A stretch of 63,339 nucleotides of DNA, counting the filler, from Choristocarpus tenellus KU-1152 (Eukaryota; Protista; Phaeophyceae), in NCBI GenBank assembly GCA_964200185.2. It is 11 parts of 11 records of this genome, joined end to end, with 100 filler letters (N's around TTAATTAATTAA, not from the genome) between each part and the next. Parts side by side here need not be neighbours in the genome. Positions count along the whole stretch, not along the records: positions 53,573 to 57,195 come from CAXNAD020018894.1; positions 57,296 to 63,339 come from CAXNAD020009083.1; 9 more parts are not named here. One strand, given 5' to 3'. The notes beneath the pieces were generated by a model that saw only the letters and a program-made list of their open reading frames with translations, was not told the DNA's origin and ran no database searches. Shown here piece after piece: positions 53,473-63,339 of this stretch. The first letter of the stretch is position 1. Every line of letters begins with the position of its first letter. A program made the translations under genes and the position numbers.

Positions 53473-53669
53473 NNNNNNNNNNNNNNNNNNNNNNNNNNNN
53501 NNNNNNNNNNNNNNNNTTAATTAATTAANNNNNNNNNNNNNNNNNNNNNNNNNNNNNNNNNNNNNNNNNNNNATGATTCCTCTTCCTTCGTAGTCTATGT
53601 ATCATATACAATGCATTCGATTCAGGTTTCAACAATTGTCACTGCCTAAGTCTCCTGTTGGGTGAGGGG

Positions 53670-55300
53670 GGAATGGACAGAATTCGATTTTAGATATATC
53701 CAGTGGCTATGCATCGATCACTGGGTGTCTTACTGTGAATATTGCAGCTCAAGTCACCTGATGACTGCCTATGCACATTGGTGAGGTGGAATGAAATAGC
53801 TCGGTTTTGACTCCTTCCAGGGATTTCTACTCTGCAAGTGTGTATATCCAACTGCAAGTATGTATTGCTGGTCAAGTCGCACTTGGTATCTCCATGTGCA
53901 AATTGGTTGAGAACAGAAACGGTTTTGAACCCTTCCAACGTTTTTTACTGCCACTACATGCCTTACTGCAGATGTTGCTGCGCAAGTGCCCTGTTGGTAT
54001 GTTGGGAAAGCAAATGGATATGCTATGATTTAGATCATTTCAATGGATTGTAACTGCCTTACATTGAGTGCCTCACTGTGAATATTGCTGCTCAAGTTAT
54101 TGGTCGGTATTCTAAGCTGTTGGGGGGGTGGGACGGAAAGGAAACGGTTTTGTTCCTTCCAAAGGCTCTCCTAATGAACAATTTGTACCTAGTAGCGGAT
54201 AATGTTTGAGTGAAAGTATCTTAGAGGGTACGAGTTTTGCCCTGTTTGTCCATTTGGGGCTTGGCTTCCCGTGGGTTTTGTTAAGACATTTTCCTACTCC
54301 AAAATGTTTAGGATTAGGTAAATTGTGTACATTAAGAAAATGTGTGTCCAGAACAAGGATATTGACACGCCCTAACACACATGATAGCCAAATTACATCA
54401 AAATTACAACATTGGATTTTGGCCCCCAAATGGACGCGGCCCTACCCTCTAAGATACTTTGGCTCTTTCTCATGTCTCGCTTGATGACAGCTTGAGTAGG
54501 TGGTTCATATGTAACGATTTGTTCCTCGGTTTCTTGCCACTGGATGCCCAATTACACATGTGTCCCTGCTCAAGTCACCACTTGGTATCTTGCCCAGATT
54601 GTGAACTTCAAAAGGACCGAAAAGGATTTTTTGGAACAACTGATGTTGTGTTCATAACTACGAATGTGGCAGCTCAAGTGCCTGTTACGAAACGGGCAAA
54701 AGGCGGTTTGGGATCTTTCCAACAATTATGCAAATGCCATTTCGTGCTTAAATTGTGGTTCCTCAGATCACCTGTTGCTATCCTTGTGTAGTTCGGGGTA
54801 GGTGAAACCGACAGAAAACGATAATTAATCTCTCCTGCCAGCGGTTTTAACTACCACTGCTTGCCTACCTGCTAGTTTTACATTGTACAATATTTGGAAT
54901 GCCGAGAAGTAAAAATGGACAAAAATCTGTTTTGGATCCTTGCAAGGGTTGTGTCCCTTACTTGAAGTGCTGCTACCCATATTGTCTATTTAACTTGGGA
55001 TGGTGAAGCGGACCGAATTCGATTTTGGATCCTTCCACAACGGATTGTAACTACTACCGCATTCGTACGTACGAATGTTGTCCAAATCGCTTGACGGTAT
55101 CTTGTGCAGGTTGGGTAGGTGAAATAGAGGCAACTCGGTTTTGGATCCTTCTGAAGGTTTTGTGACTCATTCCGATTGCGTGTCAGGTTCGAATTTTGCT
55201 ACTCAATAAGCTTGTTTGCTGTTGACGTCTTGAGTAGTTGGAAGGGTCAGCGTTCGGATAATGGACCCTTCAAACGGTTTCGTAATTGGACAAGGGTGTG
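53670..55300. repeat. Highly diverged tandem repeat of ~115-bp period
   Basis: Recurring core (t/a)cggttttggatccttcc...gatt near 53800, 53918, 54143, 54704, 54927, 55018, 55134 and 55253. Confidence 0.6.
54208..54465 (+). mobile_element. MITE family A full copy, TTT TSD
   Basis: gagtgaaagtatcttagagggta ... taccctctaagatactttggctc, flanked by ttt/ttt. Confidence 0.92.
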
Positions 55301-56256
55301 TCATTACAAAATCTTGAGAGCTTTCTTTTTTATTATTTTCTTTCAATGATCAATATTTTGATCCGGACTTTTCCCCACTCTTGCAAATTAAAATGGCCCT
55401 GTTGGTAGCCCAGACTGGCCCCACAACTATTTATCACTTCCCGGTCCATGTCCAGTAGGTTCCGAAACGGTCCATGTCGGGCGGCCGGACTGGATCAAAC
55501 ATTCCCTAACACGTCCGGACCATGTCCATTAATTATTCTACTGGTCCATGTTTGCTTGCTGGACTGGGTCTAGCATTCTCTAACATGTCCAGATTATGTC
55601 CACTGGGAAATTTTACTTAGTCAAAGTAAGCGAGAGGTACCCAGGTTTGGGCTGTTTTCCATTTGAAGCCACTTTTTCATCTTTTGTTATTCATACCTAT
55701 TGCTACAGCACACTCCAGAAGCTTACCTCCACAGAGGATGCATAGGTCAAATCCACAGACCTGTAGATGATGCTGATGCTTGTACAAGCCTCCCAGGATA
55801 CTCCGACAGTCAATAGGTCCAATGCAGGTCAATGAACGTCAGGTCAGCAGAACAGGGATACTTTTCTCAATCAACGTCATTGTATGCTGTTGAAATATTA
55901 GACGCTGGACCCGCGGTTAAGATGACCAATCGTGTACCTTAGTAGAGGACAATTTGTACAAGTTGAATTTTGCACATTTGTCAGCATCCTTAAAATATAA
56001 CCCTGAGTACCTCTGGTTTACTTTGCTCACCGGTCCGTGTCCGCCCCTCAGCCAGTCTAACTTTTTTCCTGCATATCCAAACCATGGCCACCAGCCAGTC
56101 CAACTATTTTCCTCATGTCCGAGCCATGTCCATTGTTGCACTACTCCGGATGGGATTTACGTTTTGGGCCATGGAAATGGGGTGTGAGGCAAAACGTTTT
56201 AGAAGCAAGTCCCCTTACGAATTGAATGGCCAAAATCCTAGCCCCACTCTGGGATA

Positions 56257-56402
56257 GAATCAAAGTATCTTAGAGGGTAGAGCTGCGTCCATTTGGGAGT
56301 CAAAATCCAATGTTGCGATATTGATTTATTGTTGTCTATCATGTTTTTTAGGAAGTGTTAATATCCTTGTTCCGGATACACCTTTTCATAATGTATACAT
56401 TA
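56257..56402 (-). mobile_element. MITE family A, partial copy, followed by another diverged TIR end at ~56404
   Basis: gaatcaaagtatcttagagggtagagctgcgtccatttggg... Confidence 0.75.
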
Positions 56403-57295
56403 ATAGCCAAAGTATCCGAGAGGGTACGGCCCTGTCCAAATGGGGTCTCGAATTCAATGTGGACGATTTGTTAATGTAATTATGGGAAAGCGTCTTAACT
56501 GGTGAGTGTGATGAACCCCCGCTTCACAGGGGCACCTTTGAGAAGCTGCTTCTTTGGGGTTTTGTCATCATATATATATCAATCGTGTTGGATTAATTGC
56601 TGGTGTCTCCATTTATTGTGGTTTTTGAAATGCGATGACGATATGCCTGTTTGATGTATTTACCTTTATTAATGGAGTAGGTATTCAAAATGTAGCGTTA
56701 AGTTTCGATGGTGGTAGGACAATTTTTGCCAAGCAAGATAACATTGAGAGCACAAACGCAGGAAGAACGCGCAGGACACTGCGAGGACAACCAAGCAAAG
56801 AGCGAGTGTATTCCTTGGTGGCACATGCAATATATAGGATTAGGACATATTGCAGGAGTAATATCCTTATTCCTTTTGGGGGGGAGGATGGCATTGTCAT
56901 TCTATGTTGATGGCGATGTGTGCGCGATGTCTTAGATTTGTATTGGTTATTATTGCGACCTATTATGTACGATGGGATGACAAATGCCTTGAGAAGATGC
57001 GAACAGATGGGGTGGATTCCTCGGAAAGAATGATCTAAGCATATTTGTTGCGCTCTGGTGGTGTGTGGTGTGACAATGAACCGGTTCTCTTATTGAGATT
57101 TAATTGTAATCAAGCGGTTAACTTGGGATGGAGCAACTTAAGCGTTGCGTGTTTTGACGAAGTGAAGGCGGAAAGACCCAAAGTAACTGGGAGGGNNNNN
57201 NNNNNNNNNNNNNNNNNNNNNNNNNNNNNNNNNNNNNNNTTAATTAATTAANNNNNNNNNNNNNNNNNNNNNNNNNNNNNNNNNNNNNNNNNNNN

Positions 57296-58230
57296 ATAGT
57301 GTGGCTCAGCAGCATAATCGAAGCGCGAAATGTATCACGGGGCTGCGACGCTGATGCTGAGAGAAGATGCATTGAAAGCATTACCACACAAACATGGTTG
57401 GATCTTCAACCACGTCGGAGCACTGCTCTGCAGCCTTTGCTGCCTCAGGAAAGCAGGAAGAGAGCGATGAGTGCATCACTAGGTGGTACAGTGACGAGGT
57501 TTGTTTGGAAGCCTGGTCATGGTCGACGAAGGAAGAACCGGGGTGGCCGGCTGAAGGGAAGGTTGGGGAATAGAGCAGAGCAACTGCGTACCATTGCCCT
57601 CAGGAAACGCCTAAGCGAAAACCAGGGTGTAGAATATCTTAGTAGTCGACAGTTGCAGCAGGCCCTGACTATTTAGAAGCTATGGCTTAAAGTATCTGGA
57701 AGGGGGTGGTGGCTGTCCATTTGGGACCCATTTTTCCATGTCACGATTTTGGGGTAATTTGGTTGCATGAATCAGATGGATAATGTAAGTTCAAATTTCG
57801 TGGTCAGGGACCGAATGGACACCGTGGTGTAGACCCCCCCACCCCCCCAGATACGTTGAGTCTACGCGAGCCGGAGTAGCTTAAGGAAATGAGGAAGCAG
57901 GTGTTAGGGTTGGGCTACAAGAGCTCTGAAGCCCGAAAGAAGGTTGAAAGGGCTCGCAAGCCAGAGGAGAAAGCGATTGTAACAAAAGCAGCTATTGAGA
58001 CTTTTGATACCACCAAATCCTTTACTTCAGAGAGGTCGTGAAGCAGAAAGAGGTAGCCATCGGCATAGACGCCAGGGAAGAAGAGGAGGTGAGATTGAGA
58101 CTCTTTGCACACCGATGGTTTTGTGTCTCCCACTTCTTGCAAGATGCCGTACATTTACTTTTGTTCCTGGACTTGGGGTTGGATTTATAAAGTCGATTAG
58201 GCTTCTCCCAGCCTGCATTCATTCGAGAAA
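57296..58230. repeat. Dispersed repeat homologous to 18508-19252, carrying a MITE insertion
   Basis: Colinear with 18508-19252 apart from 57684-57865. Confidence 0.85.
57684..57862. mobile_element. MITE family B copy, TAT/TAC TSD
   Basis: ggcttaaagtatctggaaggggg ... ccccccagatacgttgagtc; absent from the paralogous copy (gaagctatgcgagc at ~18877). Confidence 0.85.
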
Positions 58231-58344
58231 TCACAATTTTCGATGAACTCAAGTCTGTCCTCCCTCGCCCTTGTGCCTTGATGATAAAATATCACCTGCC
58301 CAGGAAACACGGACAATGGCCATTTCTGGTGCTCAACAAGGAAT

Positions 58345-58612
58345 GTGATAGTAAGGGCTCTATCACTGCGAATCCTGTACCTGTGTATGAACGACGGGAA
58401 AGACCATCAAACGGCGCTCAAGATGGCAGCAGGATATGTGATCGTCAAGTTGGAAACTGTGAGTAAATGGGAGAGAGACTTCCTAACTAAGGGCCACATC
58501 AAGGTGTCGGAGCAAGAGCGCTATGAGAGGCATTTCGTCCTGGGCCTCAATGAGGACATCGTTACCGATGCCAAAGAGTGGGTGCGCTAACATACAGGAA
58601 GAAAGGGTGCAT
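58345..58612 (+). pseudogene. Probable DDE DNA-transposase N-terminal relic
   Basis: ETVSKWERDFLTKGHIKVSEQERY...NEDIVTDAKEWVR*HTGRKG resembles the HTH region of IS630/Tc1-like transposases (from memory, not searched); internal stop. Confidence 0.35.
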
Positions 58613-59595
58613 CTGTTGCCACCCCAGGGTTCGAACCCCAATATGAGCGGTCTTTCTTCAAAAAAAGAAAAAATGACAAAAAAAACGAAGCCCGTAATTT
58701 GGAAGGCATTATGCGGGCATCACGAATATGCTTTTATTTTAATCCTCTGAAGGGACAACCCCAGAGGGCGAAGCTACTGGTATCACTATAGGCAGCCTTC
58801 CCTCTGCAATGCATCTCACAACTGATGTCGTTTTGACTCAAAGTAAGCCAGAGGTACCGACTTGGGTTGCAAGGATGCCAACAAATATGTGTAAGATTTG
58901 CCTTTTTTTACAAATTTGTACATGATATATTCCGAATTATTTCAGAAAAGTTCAAACAATAGAGAAATGAACGATTTCAAGTCAATCTTAGAACTTTATC
59001 CATAGAAATATGGGTGAATTAAAAAAGATTGAGGAACAGGCTTAAAATGCAAAATGGTCAAAGTCTGTGTACCTCTCGCTTCCTTTTGTCTTATTTCTAC
59101 TTGATCTAATAATGAATGGTATAGAGTATGAAATTGTTTTATGTATGATGAGAGTGGTGAATGGTGTGGTTCAACCAATAAAAATTAACTGGAAAATTTG
59201 AGTTATTATTTAGTGTATATGACACAAAGCACCCCAAAAACATTTTTTTTAATGTATATGCACTTAGAGGATTTCGTGACTATAGAACAATCGAGTTAAG
59301 AAACTTGTACTATTTTCAGGGCACGAACAATGGAAGGCCTGTGGTCTAGTAAGTGTTTTCCAAAAAAAGCCGGGCACAAGCACAAAGCTCTGGGGCTGAG
59401 GCAATTTTGCCCACATCTCAGGAGTGGAGAGGAAAGCAGTGCCTACCGTTGAGCGTAGTAGTGGTTTGTATCCCAGAGTAATCATCGCTCTGGGGTTGGG
59501 TGCAAGGGGGGTAAATTTCAGATAGTTGCAGTCCAGGCAAGGTACACAACCATTAACCACCTTACACAGCACAGCCCCTTGCATCACATACCAAT

Positions 59596-62481
59596 ATGAC
59601 CGACCTTGATGAGGCGGTCCAGGCGGGCATGGAGGACCTGAGCACTGTTGCAGATAGCAATGGAGGTTTAGATTGCGGCCCTGATAGTGAGGAGGGTGCA
59701 GTGAAGGTTGGTGCCAGGAGCGGGGTTGGGGGTGAGCACGAAACGAAGAAGAGCAGCAATAAGAAAAAGGGAAAGAAGAAGGGGAAAGGTGATGGAGGTA
59801 GTGGTGCGGGTAGGGGAGGGAACAGTGGTGAGCAGTCAGGTTCCTCCGGTGAAGGGGCAGGAGACAAAGGGAACTCAGGCGATAGGACCTCCAATGGAAC
59901 AAGTGGTGGGGTGGGACAAGCTTTGGTGCCTGTCGAGGCGGGTATTGAGAATAGAAAAGGAGTGGAAACATCAGAAATTTCAAATGATGCGGATATGATT
60001 CGATTCCTTAGACAAAGGAAGATGGGGGAGGTCGCCCAGCGGAAGCTTGCGAACATGGGACCGCACAAGTAAGTGGATCGATCGATTGCTTCCTCTACGG
60101 TTCGACCCTTTGAACCACACCCGACGTCTAAATGCCAGGTCCTCCTTAATGACTGCACTTGTAGTTTACTTCTCTGGACATTAGTTGCTTCGGAGGAAAT
60201 GAGGATAAATGGCTGAAGGAGATTTTCAGAGCCAAGACATAAAGATACAAAATACGGCGTGCTTCGACGACCTCAAATCACATGTTACCGCCTTAAGTCG
60301 CAGATCGAGCCACAGAAAGCTCGCGACCTTTTTCACGGAAGCTTCACATCTGACCCAATGATTCGGCTATCCCAAATTCTAGCTCCATTTATGGTCTACC
60401 CCGAAAATGAATGCGCTATGGATTGCAGCACGAAGTACCTAGGACGGGGACTGGAGGGCTGAGGTGGTCGCAGTGAACTGATTATGCGAGAATGTGTGCC
60501 GCATAAAGTGTGGTCAATATTTCTGCGCAATTAAGGGAGTTTATGATTTTCTCCTCCCTATTGCCATTGTGGGGCCCAGTTTCTTGTTTCAGGCCGAACA
60601 CTTTTTTGGTGTAGAACCACATTGTGAATGGTGACAAGGGCGAGATTCCTCAAACAAAAGTTACACCACCTGTTTTGCTACTAAATGCTAACATATGGCA
60701 ACATGCTCAATAACTGGCATGTGCAAGCATTCCCCTTGTACAGTTTTGTTCCCTAAGGCTTCTTGTCAGTTCATTCAGTTGCATGTAGACTCATTGACTT
60801 CCCCTGAGCTGCCCGACACATAGCCCTACCCATGCTCTGATGAGGTTGGTGTAGATACCTGTTGACTGGCCTTACCCTAGAGAAAGTTCACCGGCCTTTC
60901 CCTAGAGCAAATTCTCTTGCAGTTTTTCACTTGCATTTGTCATGAGCAAATAGACTTTTTTGGAGGCACTCGACAGGGGCATTCCTAAAGGATAGGCCAG
61001 GGTGGGGTTGGTTGATGGGATACCACGTTTCCCTCTCAGTTTGTCCATGACCCGTTGTGTCTTGTTGTGACTGGGCTTTAGCTTGCTCTGCCCATCCTAT
61101 TTTGAATTTTTCCCACATTTTTTTTTAATCCTTAGCACATCACTGTTCACTCTTCAGGGGTAGTCATGACGCGTGTTGGTGAGGGATGGATCAACTAACC
61201 TAACTAGTAAGGCTACCCAGTCAGATGCTGTGGCAGTAGCGGCGGTGTGGTGTCTCAACCCCTCTTCCCTGCAGTATCTGACCTTTTCTCTTCGTTGTGG
61301 CGAACGCGCTTGTTCCGTGTTGGTTGGTGTCCTGATGGTGTGGGTTGGGTGTTGTTTGCGGCGAAGATTTTGGGACACTCAACCAATGAAGAAGGTCTGG
61401 GAAGAGGTTCAGCAGCCTGGAGAGATTGAGACCAAGACTGCTGCGGATGTTAGAGAGGATCCTTACAACATGCCCGCAGGTTTCGAGTGGTGTCACGTGG
61501 ATGTCATGGATGAAACTCAGGCTGAGGTGGGTTGGTTTGAGCCTTGGTGAGTCGGAGTGAGTTGAGTTAAGTGCCGGGGTTCACGATTATGGTTTTGCTT
61601 TAGTGTTAGAGGCGGGTGGTGATTGCAATCCATGCGTGTACGGGGTGATCGACTTGGAGCTTGCAAATGCATCCTTGGTGTCTGGTGTGTGGGTGTGTGA
61701 GTTGGAGAGGTGGATGATTGGGATAGGGTGAGAGTATTGCGCTTGGTGGGCTGGTGGGCAAGAGTGTTCGATGTAGTAATGGAAAGGTGAGAGGGATGTA
61801 GATTTGTCAGGTAGTGGGTTATTATGATTCGAGTGCAGGGTTAGGGTTATACGGCGAATGGGTGGGTAGATGGATGGATGATGGATGGATGGATAGTGGA
61901 TGGATGGATGGATGGAGGGAACTATGTCCGTGAGGGCTAGTGTTTTCTGTTTTCTTTTCTTTTGGTGGGATATGTTTTTTTATTATTATTATGAGGTGCT
62001 GTACCAGTCAGTAAAGTGCTCTTGTTTCTCTATCTCTCTGCCCTTGGGGTTGTTTTCTACCCTCTTGGAGATAAACGTTTTACTCCCCCTCCCCCTCACA
62101 TACATGCAGCGACTTGCTCGTTGCATTTGCGCTCCCACCCTCCATGTCCATGAACCGTTGCTCACTTGTTTCGTTTGTTTTGACGATGTGCATGAATTTA
62201 TGTGTATGTTTGTATGTGTGTATGTATGTATGTATGTATGTATGTATGCATGTATTTGTATGTGCATTGCCATGTATGTTGCTGCCGTTTTGATATGTTT
62301 GAAATATATATATATATATATACATGTATGCACGATTTTTTGTTTGTGTTTGCATTATTTTGCCTTTGCTGAGGGTAGGAGGTGTACGAGCTGCTCTCTG
62401 AGAACTACGTGGAGGACGATGACAACATGTTCCGGTTTGACTATTCCAAGGACTTTCTCCGCTGGGCTCTCACGCCTCCAG
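59596..62481 (+). CDS. NMT: Glycylpeptide N-tetradecanoyltransferase (N-myristoyltransferase), 5' part; exons 59596-60068, 61367-61526, 62379-62481
   Basis: Lys-rich N-terminus ([14 protein letters not shown]), HK|[20 protein letters not shown] and [35 protein letters not shown]; phases consistent. Confidence 0.95.
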
Positions 62482-62644
62482 GTGGTACACAACACCCACT
62501 GACCTGCTCTTTACTGACTTGCTCTTTGCTGACTCGCTCTTTACTCTCTGTCCTTGCCGCCTGCCTGTAGTGCAAACCCTATCCCTATCCTCAAATCTTT
62601 TTTATCGCTACTACGAAATATTATGTTACATTTTGTTTTTTGTG

Positions 62645-62691
<47 letters not shown>

Positions 62692-62816
62692 TCTTGCCCT
62701 CTGGACCCAACACATTCCCCCTTCGCTTTGACATTCTCCTATCTCAAGGTGTAACCCTGTCCTACTAAAAAAAAAATGTCACCTTTTTTTGTGCGCTGCT
62801 GTCCAATTGACCCTGT

Positions 62817-62849
<33 letters not shown>
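61868..62849. repeat. Intronic microsatellite cluster: (GATG)n ~61868-61915, (TATG)n ~62204-62250, (TA)n ~62305-62322 and 62650-62689, (TG)n 62819-62849
   Basis: Directly visible. Confidence 0.85.
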
Positions 62850-62851
<2 letters not shown>

Positions 62852-63296
62852 CCCCTTAACAATATTTTCATCTCTTTTCTTGTATGTATAAAAAAACTTA
62901 TCTCTTTTGTGTTCGATGTCCCTTCCTCATTTCTGCTTAAAATATCACATCACATCAAGCTATGAATAGTCAAAAAAGGAAACATTTTTTTTTTTTCTGG
63001 TATGTTGTGTGCAAATTTCGATGAACAGCCCAGTCTCTTTTTGTTATTATTATTATTGCTGTTATTGCTATTGTTATTATTGTTATTGTTGTAGTACATT
63101 TTCAATTCAAACCCTGTCATTTAACATCCCTGCCTCAATTTTGCCTTTTATTTTTATTATTGTTGTAGATACATTTCTACTTTTTCTGGTGTGGTGTGGT
63201 GGAATACTCTTGTTTTCCGTTTTTTGACTATGCCAATCTATCAACTGTTGATTGACAGTGCCGCTCATCTTCTCCCCAATCGCCTACCTACTTACC

Positions 63297-63338
<42 letters not shown>

Positions 63339-63339
63339 C

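Noticed and set aside
59264-60158. Long minus-strand ORFs (239 and 198 aa)
   Set aside because: Antisense shadows of the purine-rich NMT exon 1.
61900-62502. 200-aa ORF and similar ORFs in low-complexity DNA
   Set aside because: Translations of intronic microsatellites.

Overview
Intron-rich eukaryotic genomic DNA, about 11 short contigs joined by ten artificial 100-nt linkers (N44-TTAATTAATTAA-N44), so linkage across gaps is unproven. The proteins and intron style suggest a stramenopile or brown-algal relative (inference). I rebuilt spliced genes by hand, checking splice sites and phases: 5' part of an EHD/RME-1 ATPase (-), three internal exons of exportin-7 (-), complete RPL19 (-), 5' part of N-myristoyltransferase (+) and a tRNA-Ala(AGC). 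Two genes appear only as scattered fragments in the ORF track. (i) A complete 17-exon, 620-aa gene (30684-41566, -) encoding a RanBP2-type zinc finger, a helical region, a vWA/MIDAS domain and a C-terminal acidic WxxL (ATG8-interacting-like) motif. (ii) A spliced ParB-like (DGNHR) gene on the same contig as an array of four ~210-bp units, each carrying a hairpin. The rest is TE debris: a Gypsy pol relic with an LTR end and an unusually long tRNA-Ser-like PBS, a multi-copy MITE family with mostly 3-bp TSDs, DNA-transposase relics, and tandem and simple repeats.
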